A stretch of 64,000 nucleotides of DNA from Vulcanimicrobiota bacterium. Its GTDB lineage: Bacteria; Vulcanimicrobiota; Vulcanimicrobiia; Vulcanimicrobiales; Vulcanimicrobiaceae. The first letter of the stretch is position 1, and the number at the start of each line of letters is the position of its first letter. The notes beneath the pieces were generated by a model. It made no database searches and was not told where the DNA came from. It saw only the letters and a program-made list of their open reading frames with translations. The position numbers and the translations under genes are program-made. The DNA is taken from the NCBI GenBank assembly GCA_963833095.1, contig CAWHWQ010000005.1:96001-160000 (forward strand), in the 5' to 3' direction. This document shows, one piece after another, positions 39,454 through 47,372 of the stretch.

Positions 39454-40035
39454 CCACCAATGCGCGCCGAGCGCCATATTGAAGGTCGCGGCATACGTGC
39501 AGTACATCAGCCAGATCCCGGTCACCAGGTGGAAGAACCCGAGCGGCTTGGAGGAGTGGACTACGCCGAACCGTTCCAACCCCTCCGAGATGTACACGAG
39601 CACGAGACCCAAGAAGATCAGCGCTACCGGGATGTCTCCCGCCGTCCAAAAGACGAGGAGGCCCAACAGTGAGATCAAGGTAAACGCGATCGTCATCCAC
39701 CCGTCGGGCCCTGCGTCGCCGGCGATCAAGCGGCGTCCAGCCAGCGCAAACCAATGCACGCCGTAGGCCGTGAAGGCAAGCCCCGCCATATAGAGCGGCG
39801 CGCCCTTGAACACTTGAAACCAGGTTAATCCGACGAAAATGTATGTGCCGGCGACCAACTGCATGAAGCCGGGCATCCACACACCCCACAACCCCATGCT
39901 CCGGTCGACCTCCGGTGTCGAACGCGGCCAGCCGAAGAACTCTTGACCGCCGAAAATAAAATAGCCCGTGCCAAGCCCGAAAAAGCCAATCGCCAACGGC
40001 ACGTACGCTGACGGCTGGAGTGCGAACGTAGACAT
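39448..40035 (-). CDS. Six-TM membrane protein, SatP/GPR1-FUN34-YaaH-like (possible acetate channel)
   Basis: PLAIGFFG, GFMQLVAG and AFTAYGVHW resemble the SatP motifs PAPLGL, G.AQ..AG and AFTSYG.FW. Confidence 0.6.
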   Translation of the reverse strand: MSTFALQPSAYVPLAIGFFGLGTGYFIFGGQEFFGWPRSTPEVDRSMGLWGVWMPGFMQLVAGTYIFVGLTWFQVFKGAPLYMAGLAFTAYGVHWFALAGRRLIAGDAGPDGWMTIAFTLISLLGLLVFWTAGDIPVALIFLGLVLVYISEGLERFGVVHSSKPLGFFHLVTGIWLMYCTYAATFNMALGAHWWL

Positions 40036-40083
40036 GGGCGAATTGTACCGCAGGACGGCACGGCCTAAACCGGCCGCGGCTGC

Positions 40084-41085
40084 CTAGGAAACGTGCAAAA
40101 CGGCTGCCCCCCGCAGCTCGTCATGCTTGAGCATCGAGAGCGCGCGGTTGGCTTCGTCAAGCGCCATCGGCACGGTGAAGCTCTTGATCGGGATCTCGCC
40201 CGCGATCCGCAAAAACTCTTCGCCATCGGCGCGCGTGTTGGCCGTAACGCTGCGCAGTTCGCGTTCGTAGAACAGCTCGCGTTCGTAGTTGAGCGGCGGG
40301 ATGTCGGAGAGATAGATCCCGGCGATAGCTAAAATGCCGCCGCGATCGAGCGCGCGCAGAGCGGGCGGTACCAGTTGACCGGCGGGTGCAAACATAATGC
40401 CCGCATCGAGCGGTTTGGGCGGCGTATCCTCCGCTTCGCCGATCCAGTCGGCGCCGAGCTCATTTGCGAGATCCCGATGGATCCCGGCTCGGCTCATCAC
40501 GTAGACGGTGCACTTCCAATGCTTGAGTACCTGGAGCGCAAGATGCGCCGAACCGCCGAAACCATATAGCCCAACCGTCATACCGGGCTGCACGCCGGCC
40601 CGCTTGATCGCGCGAAAACCGATGATTCCCGCGCACAGCAGCGGCGACGCTGCTTCGTCGCCGATCGCGTCGGGCAGTGCGTACGCGTACGCCTCGCGCA
40701 CGGTTGCGAACTCAGCGTAACCGCCGTTGTGATCCCAGCCGGTAAAGCGCGCGTTCGGGCAAAGATTCTCTCGCTTGCGCAGGCAGAATTTACACGAACC
40801 GTCGGTTTCGCGCAGCCACGCGATCCCGACGCGATCGCCGAGCTTGAACCGCGCGCATGCGGCGCCCATGCGCTCCACGACGCCGACGACTTCGTGACCT
40901 GGAACGATCGAGGGATGTTTGGGCGGCAGGTCACCCTCGCTGACGTGCAGATCGGTTCGGCAGACGCCGCAGGTGCGCACGCGCACGAGCAGTTCGTCGT
41001 CCGCCGGCACGGGTTGCGCGAGATCTCTGAGCACAAGCGGATTGGTTTCGATCTGAGCCGGCTGCTCAAGCACCATGGCGCGCAT
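40084..41085 (-). CDS. Zn-dependent alcohol dehydrogenase (AdhA/propanol-preferring-like)
   Basis: Start MRAMVL at 41085; CGVCRTDLH, PGHEVVG, C.FC....ENLC, PLLCAGIIG, GLYGFGGSAH. Confidence 0.92.
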   Translation of the reverse strand: MRAMVLEQPAQIETNPLVLRDLAQPVPADDELLVRVRTCGVCRTDLHVSEGDLPPKHPSIVPGHEVVGVVERMGAACARFKLGDRVGIAWLRETDGSCKFCLRKRENLCPNARFTGWDHNGGYAEFATVREAYAYALPDAIGDEAASPLLCAGIIGFRAIKRAGVQPGMTVGLYGFGGSAHLALQVLKHWKCTVYVMSRAGIHRDLANELGADWIGEAEDTPPKPLDAGIMFAPAGQLVPPALRALDRGGILAIAGIYLSDIPPLNYERELFYERELRSVTANTRADGEEFLRIAGEIPIKSFTVPMALDEANRALSMLKHDELRGAAVLHVS

Positions 41086-41141
41086 TCCCAGCGTTTCGCG
41101 AGAACGGAGAGCTCCCACCTGTGGCCGAAATGGCCGAGCTG

Positions 41142-41759
41142 ATGTGCGGACGTTTTACTCTGACCGACCCCCTAAGCATCAGCGCACGGTATCCCCGGTA
41201 TCGCTTCGAGGAATTCAGCGACTATCGCTTACCGCGCTTTAACATCGCGCCGACGCAAGCCGTGCTCGGCGTCCGAAACGACGGTAAGAACGAAGTGATT
41301 CCGCTAGAGTGGGGCATCGACGGACGCATTAACGCGCGCGCCGAGACGGTCACCTCACGTCCGCTGGCTTTTCGCTGCATCATTTTTGCCGACGGCTTCT
41401 ACGAGTGGCGCGGCCGCAAGCCCGTCTATTTCACGATGAAGGACGAGCGTGTCTTTGCTTTTGCCGGCATCTGGACGCCGGTTACGGAGGGACCGGCGCC
41501 GTGCGCGATCGTCACGTGTCCGCCCAACGAATTGGTTGCCCGCGTGCACGACCGAATGCCGGCAATCCTGAGCGATGACAGCCTGGATGCATGGCTCACC
41601 GAGCGCGATATGGCTCCAGCACTTGCCCGAGCACTAATACAACCATACGATCCGAGCCTTATGCAGGCGCGTGACGCCTCGATGCGACTAAATAACGCGC
41701 GCTATGATGATCCGAAAGTCCTAGTCGACGACGACCCGGTCCAAAGGTCACTTTTCTAA
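41142..41759 (+). CDS. SOS response-associated peptidase (SRAP/YedK/HMCES family, abasic-site processing)
   Basis: MCGRF N-terminus, RFNIAPTQ, INARAET, ADGFYEW, FAFAGIW, HDRMPAIL. Confidence 0.92.
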   Translation: MCGRFTLTDPLSISARYPRYRFEEFSDYRLPRFNIAPTQAVLGVRNDGKNEVIPLEWGIDGRINARAETVTSRPLAFRCIIFADGFYEWRGRKPVYFTMKDERVFAFAGIWTPVTEGPAPCAIVTCPPNELVARVHDRMPAILSDDSLDAWLTERDMAPALARALIQPYDPSLMQARDASMRLNNARYDDPKVLVDDDPVQRSLF

Positions 41760-41810
41760 CAACAAGAACGCTTACACCAACAGGTGTTCCGCTGTGGGGG
41801 ATTCTCAAGG

Positions 41811-44219
41811 ATGATGAGCCGCCGTTTTCTTGCTGTTGCGTGCGTTGCCGCATTTCTGGGGAGCTGTACGCCGGGAACCAAACTCGGCGGCCCCCTGCCG
41901 GTCGGGAGTCCGACGCCCACCTCCACAACGCCGCCTCCCCCGCCGGGCTCGACAACGGCTCCGCTCACGTTCACGTTCGCGATGCCGACAGTCGCCTCGA
42001 TGAAAGCACGGCGGCCATTGCTCGCCTCGGCCAACACGCAGTCGCTCGCGATCTTCATCTATGCCGCCGGCTCACAGCCCGGATCGACGCCCACCGCAAC
42101 AGCCAATGTCGGTGCAAGCGCAACAGGCTGCGCGACGGCGGGGGCGCAGATCACGTGTTCGATCACGGTCACGGCACCACTCGGCAATCAGGAACTCGAG
42201 ATCGTCGCGATGAGCGGCCCCAACGGTACCGGAACAGCGCTTGGGAGCGTAACGCAAGCCGTTACGGTCGCGGCCGGTGCGGCACCAATCTCGCTGACGC
42301 TCAACGGCACGCCCGCGCTGATCAAGCTTTCACTCGAAACCCCCGTGCTTGCGCTTGGCACGTCCGGCACGTCGATTCTCGACGTCGACGCATATGATGC
42401 GACCGGCGCGTTGATCGTCGCGCCCGGCTCGTTTACAGCACCGCTCACCATCGCGAGCAGCTCGACGTCGGTCTCGCTGTCGACGGCGACCGCGAGCGCG
42501 CCGGGTACAAAAATCACCGTGACGTATGGTGGATCATCGAGTATCCCCTACGCGGTGCAATTCACTGCAACGGGCGGCGGCGTGCCGACGAGCCTCGTCG
42601 TCGGCGCGACGCTACTCTTTGAGCCAAGTCAAAGTATGGCGATTGTCAAGGGCGGTGGCGGAACCGCGTCGGTTTCTACCCTCGCTATCACCGCCCTCAG
42701 CCTGCCGGCCCAGGCCTTCACCTTCCTTACGAGCCCAACCACGCAAACATTTGCGACCGGCGGCTTTGCTGCGTTGCCCGACGGCGGTTACGCCGCAGCG
42801 GTAACAAACTACACGACGACTTGTTCGCTCGTGATCTATCCCGTCGGCTCAACGCAAGGGACGACCGCGATGACGTTTACGTACTCCGGCGGCACTTCCG
42901 CCATATGTCCGATCGCGAGCGAGCCGGCGACCGGTGATCTGCTCGTTGCCGATAATGGCGGCGGTTCGGAACTGACGGAGTATTCGGTTAGCGGGACGAC
43001 GGTCACCGCAACCGGAAGGACGATCACGGGCGTCGCGCCGATCGGCATCGCCGTCAACGCAACCGGTGCGATTGCGATAATTAATAGCGGCCATGTGGTC
43101 ACGTACGCTGCGGGTGCGTCGGGAGCCGCAGCGCCGAGCGGGTCGGCGAATCTCACGGTTGCGCCAAGTGGCGTTGCCATTGGGAGCGACGGCGCGGTCG
43201 ACGTGATCGCGCCTAAGAGCGGCGGCGGTTATACGATTAACGAATACGATGCAACCCTCGCGTCGCATGTGAGCGTGAACGAAGCGGCGGCGAGCGGAAC
43301 GACCATCACTCCTTACGGTATTGGCATCGACGCGTCGGATGAGGCGCTGGCACTTTACAGTGCAGAGAGTGCATCGATGACCGGCTCCGCTGTCGACGTA
43401 TGGGCACCCGGTTCACAGTCGGCGCCGGCGCGCACGCTAGCGTTGGGGGCTGTCGTGCGCGGGTTCAGCTTATTCGGTCCGATCATCGCGCCATCACCAG
43501 TTCCTCCCTCGAGCAACACTGCTGTGACCGGCGACATGATTGGCTATGCCGCGAACCGCGCGTGGACCTATCAGGTTGCCGCCGATTATTCCACACCGTA
43601 CTATGTCGGACTCTACGCTGACCCGAATCTTGTCAATGGTAACATTCGTCTCGTCGGGTTTGAGTCGTCATCGTCATCGCCATCGACCTTGTTTACCAGC
43701 AGTAACGAGATCGGTAGCCTCGACGTCACCCCGCTCAACGGTAGCTATCTCGCCGCGGCATTCGCATCCGTATCGAGCGGTACGAACGGTACGTCGGGTT
43801 CGGTCCCGGGTTCGCCCTTGCTCGTTCCAGGTTCGATGACGTTGGGGCAAGCGTGGAACCCGCTGCAGAATGCAGGCATCGCTGGGGCTGTGGGCGTGAC
43901 GGCGTCCGCGCAAGTCGTCGCCACCGGGAACGTCCCGGGAATCGCTGCCTGTCCGAGCGGCAGCCGTGGTGCGACCGTATCATATGCGGTCCAAATCGGA
44001 TCGCTCGTGCAAGCACCAGCGGTCGTGAGTTACGTACCCGGGTGCGGGATCACTGCGGTTCAAGCCAGCAGCGGTCAGACCAGCGTCGTCTTGCAGAGCG
44101 TAGGATCGATGCCGAGCCTCGGGCAGCTCGACGCGCCGCGCGGTCAACCGCCGATTGTCGCCGCACTACACGCGCTCTGGCAACGGACTCTTGGCGTGCA
44201 TCCACCGTCACACTTGTAG
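41811..44219 (+). CDS. Large Ser/Thr/Gly-rich putative lipoprotein with beta-rich and NHL-like segments
   Basis: MMSRRFLAVACVAAFLGSC lipobox; Pro/Thr linker; repeats PIGIAVNATG, PSGVAIGSDG, PYGIGIDASD. Confidence 0.78.
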   Translation: MMSRRFLAVACVAAFLGSCTPGTKLGGPLPVGSPTPTSTTPPPPPGSTTAPLTFTFAMPTVASMKARRPLLASANTQSLAIFIYAAGSQPGSTPTATANVGASATGCATAGAQITCSITVTAPLGNQELEIVAMSGPNGTGTALGSVTQAVTVAAGAAPISLTLNGTPALIKLSLETPVLALGTSGTSILDVDAYDATGALIVAPGSFTAPLTIASSSTSVSLSTATASAPGTKITVTYGGSSSIPYAVQFTATGGGVPTSLVVGATLLFEPSQSMAIVKGGGGTASVSTLAITALSLPAQAFTFLTSPTTQTFATGGFAALPDGGYAAAVTNYTTTCSLVIYPVGSTQGTTAMTFTYSGGTSAICPIASEPATGDLLVADNGGGSELTEYSVSGTTVTATGRTITGVAPIGIAVNATGAIAIINSGHVVTYAAGASGAAAPSGSANLTVAPSGVAIGSDGAVDVIAPKSGGGYTINEYDATLASHVSVNEAAASGTTITPYGIGIDASDEALALYSAESASMTGSAVDVWAPGSQSAPARTLALGAVVRGFSLFGPIIAPSPVPPSSNTAVTGDMIGYAANRAWTYQVAADYSTPYYVGLYADPNLVNGNIRLVGFESSSSSPSTLFTSSNEIGSLDVTPLNGSYLAAAFASVSSGTNGTSGSVPGSPLLVPGSMTLGQAWNPLQNAGIAGAVGVTASAQVVATGNVPGIAACPSGSRGATVSYAVQIGSLVQAPAVVSYVPGCGITAVQASSGQTSVVLQSVGSMPSLGQLDAPRGQPPIVAALHALWQRTLGVHPPSHL

Positions 44220-47200
44220 GGGCTCCGGAGAAGCCGGTTTGTGAACGAGCTTCTCGTCCTTGCGGTCTTCCGGCGAGAAGCGTAAGTACATAATCGGGAT
44301 GAGCAGCAACGTGAGCACGAGCGAACTCGAGAGGCCGCCGATGACCACGATGCCCAGCGGACGTTCGGCTTGCGACCCGGGATCGAGTGCGAGCGCGAGC
44401 GGCAGCATGCCGGCGATCATGGCGAACGTCGTCATCACGATCGGACGGAACCGGTGGTGCGCGCTCTCGACGATCGCGTCCATTTTCGACATCCCACGGT
44501 CGCGGAGTTGATTGGCAAAGTCAACGAGCAGGATACCGTTCTTTGCCACCAAGCCGACCAGCATGATGCAGCCGATCAGCGAGAACAGGTTGAGCGTCTG
44601 CCGCGTGAGCGCGAGCGCGCCTAATGCGCCGACCACGGCGACCGGCACGGTGAACATCACGATGAACGGCGTCACGTAGCTGTTATAGAGTGCGACCATC
44701 AGGAGGTACACGAGGAGAATCGAGAGCAAGAGCGAGATGCTCATCTCGTAGGTCGTATCGGTGACTTGCTCTTGGTTGCCCCCGGCCACCGGTGATACCG
44801 TAATGTCGGCCGGCAGGTGCAGGGCGCGCAGGCGCCGCTCGTAATCGCGAATGACGTTCGAAAGCGTCGCACCCGGGGTAACGTTCGCCCCGATGAGCAC
44901 GACGTTGCGCCGCTCGAGGCGAATGATCAACGGGGGCGCCGGGACGTTTTGCAGATCGACGATGTCGCCGACGCGGATGATCGAACCGTTGTTGGCGCGG
45001 ATCGGAATCGCCGAGATGCCGGCCAAATTGTCCAAGTTCTTTTGCTCGTAGATCACCTGGACATTTTTGAGGCCGTCAGGACCGGTGAATTGCGTCGCCG
45101 TGTAGCCGCCGTAGGCGGCACGCACCGCAGTCGAGGCTGCGCCGATGCTCGCGTCGAGCGCTCGCGCCGCATTGCGATTGAAGTTCACTTCGATCTGCGG
45201 CGATTCGAGCGCATTCGAGGTCGTCGCGTCGATCACGCCGGGCGTCTTCTGCAACGCCGCGAAGGCTTGATTCGCGGCATTGGTCGGATCGGCGGTAGCG
45301 CTCTCGATCACGTAGCCGATCGGCTGCGAGATACCGCCCGAGGGATCGGTCGAGGGTACGCCGGTCACTTGCGCGCCCGGCAGCGCATCTTGAATCCGGC
45401 TCGCGAGCTGCTGCGACCAGTACTGGGTCGAGTTGTGCCGTCTGGTTTTCAAGAAGATGTGGATCTGCCCGATCGCGCCATTGTTGATGTAACCGGTAAG
45501 CGCGCCTTCGTAGGCGCCGGCGATCGCGGTCTCCGACTGCACGTCGGACACCTTGAGCACGATCTGCTCGGCTTGGCGCACCGCATTGCTCACCGCGACA
45601 AGCGGCGTGCCCGTCGGATAATTGATGTTGATGAACAATTCACCGCGATCGACCGGCGGATAATATTCGAAGCCCACGACGCCAAGCGGAATAAGCAGCA
45701 GTGCTACGACGAGACTTGCAAAGGAGAGCCACACGACAAGTGCGCGGCGTTCGAGCCCCCAGGTGAGCGCGGTTTGCGCGTACCACGTACGCACGCCGTC
45801 AAACCACTCGGTGAAACGATCGACCACGCCCCACGGCCGCCAGCGCGAAAAGAGCGCCCAGCGCCCCGAGAGCGCCGGCGTCACCGCAAAGGAGACGAAT
45901 AGCGAGGTCAGCGTCGCAACCGTTACGACCAAGCCGAACTCGCGCAAGAACAATCCGACTGAGCCCGGCAAAAACGAGAGCGGGAGAAAGACGACCACGA
46001 TGACCAACGTGATCACGATGGTTGCCACGCCGATCTCGGAGATGCCGTTGATGGCCGCCTCCTTGGGGTTCTCTCCTTCTTCTTGATGGCGCGAAATGTT
46101 CTCGAGGACCACGATGGAGTCGTCGACCAAGATCCCGATCATCAAGGTCATGCCCAGCAGCGAGACCGTATCGAGCGTGAAGCCCAAGACGTTCATCGCT
46201 GCCAGCGTCACGAGAAACGAAGCCGGCACCGCGATCATGACCACGACGGCTTTACGCCATGAACGCAGGAAGAACAGCATCACGACCGCGGTGATGAGGA
46301 TACCTTCGATCAGCGTGCGGGTAACGCCCGAGAGCAGATCTTCCGTGTAGGTCGACTGCACGTTGAGCACCGAGAACTTAATCCCGGGATACTGTTGCTC
46401 AAGACGTGGAATCTGCGCGATCACTGCGTTCGACGCGGTGACTTCACTCGAGCCGGCCGCCTTCTGCACGTCGAGTTCGATCGCAGGCTTTCCGTTGGTA
46501 TACGCGTAGACGCGCTGCGTTTCGTAGGCGTCTTGAATGTTGGCTATGTCGGAGATGCGATAGAGCCGCGAGGTGGCCGTCCACGGATAGACGCTCGACG
46601 AGCTCGACGTACTGGTTGCAGCGGTGGTCGAGTTGCCGAGAAGCAGGTTGGCGACGGTCGGCACGTTCTGCACGTCGCCGCGAATGTCCAGATTCGTCTC
46701 CCGATTGGGCTCATAGACGATACCGCCCGGCGCGCGCACGTTGTTGTTCGCGATCGCATTGATGACGTCGGTCAGCGTGAATCCGGATGCCGAGATCTTC
46801 TGCGGATCGACGTTGACCTGAATCGAGGCCGTGACGTTTCCGTTTTCTTGGACGTACGAGACACCCGGTACCTGTTCGATCGACGGCACGATGTCGTTGG
46901 TGACGATCGCCGAGAGTTGACCCAGCGAGTCGGTCGTGGATGACGCGGCGAGCGAGACGACCACCGCTTCGGATGGATTGTAGATAGAGATCTGCGGTGT
47001 CGATAGATCGCTTGGCAGCTGGTGCAGCGAATTCTGCACGCGTCCCTGCACCTGCACGAGATCGGTGTTCTCATCCGAGGTCAACGAGAAAACGGCGACG
47101 ATCGACGCCTGCCCCGGCTCGATCGAGGTTTCGACGTAGCTCAGGTCCGGTGCGCCTGCGATCTGGTCTTCGAGCGGGCGTACGATCGCGTCGCGCATTT

Positions 47201-47372
47201 CGGTCGTCGAGGCGCCATTGTAGGTAAGCAGCACTTGAATCGACGGGACGTCGTAGTTCGGCAATTGTTGTTTGACCAAACGGAAACCGGAGAGCGTACC
47301 CGCGATCAACACCAAGGCGAGAAAGACGGTAACGAGCGTCGGCCGTTCGACAAAGAGCCGCGTGAATCTCAT
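44208..47372 (-). CDS. RND efflux permease (AcrB family), subunit 2
   Basis: Start MRFTRLFVERP at 47372; GILVDDSIVVLENI, KNGILLVDF, RFRPIVMTT, IVVIGGL.SS. Confidence 0.93.
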   Translation of the reverse strand: MRFTRLFVERPTLVTVFLALVLIAGTLSGFRLVKQQLPNYDVPSIQVLLTYNGASTTEMRDAIVRPLEDQIAGAPDLSYVETSIEPGQASIVAVFSLTSDENTDLVQVQGRVQNSLHQLPSDLSTPQISIYNPSEAVVVSLAASSTTDSLGQLSAIVTNDIVPSIEQVPGVSYVQENGNVTASIQVNVDPQKISASGFTLTDVINAIANNNVRAPGGIVYEPNRETNLDIRGDVQNVPTVANLLLGNSTTAATSTSSSSSVYPWTATSRLYRISDIANIQDAYETQRVYAYTNGKPAIELDVQKAAGSSEVTASNAVIAQIPRLEQQYPGIKFSVLNVQSTYTEDLLSGVTRTLIEGILITAVVMLFFLRSWRKAVVVMIAVPASFLVTLAAMNVLGFTLDTVSLLGMTLMIGILVDDSIVVLENISRHQEEGENPKEAAINGISEIGVATIVITLVIVVVFLPLSFLPGSVGLFLREFGLVVTVATLTSLFVSFAVTPALSGRWALFSRWRPWGVVDRFTEWFDGVRTWYAQTALTWGLERRALVVWLSFASLVVALLLIPLGVVGFEYYPPVDRGELFININYPTGTPLVAVSNAVRQAEQIVLKVSDVQSETAIAGAYEGALTGYINNGAIGQIHIFLKTRRHNSTQYWSQQLASRIQDALPGAQVTGVPSTDPSGGISQPIGYVIESATADPTNAANQAFAALQKTPGVIDATTSNALESPQIEVNFNRNAARALDASIGAASTAVRAAYGGYTATQFTGPDGLKNVQVIYEQKNLDNLAGISAIPIRANNGSIIRVGDIVDLQNVPAPPLIIRLERRNVVLIGANVTPGATLSNVIRDYERRLRALHLPADITVSPVAGGNQEQVTDTTYEMSISLLLSILLVYLLMVALYNSYVTPFIVMFTVPVAVVGALGALALTRQTLNLFSLIGCIMLVGLVAKNGILLVDFANQLRDRGMSKMDAIVESAHHRFRPIVMTTFAMIAGMLPLALALDPGSQAERPLGIVVIGGLSSSLVLTLLLIPIMYLRFSPEDRKDEKLVHKPASPEPLQV

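Noticed and set aside
41142..41759. SRAP gene as a marker of a prophage or mutagenesis cassette
   Set aside because: No integrase, phage, imuABC/umuDC or att-like features nearby.
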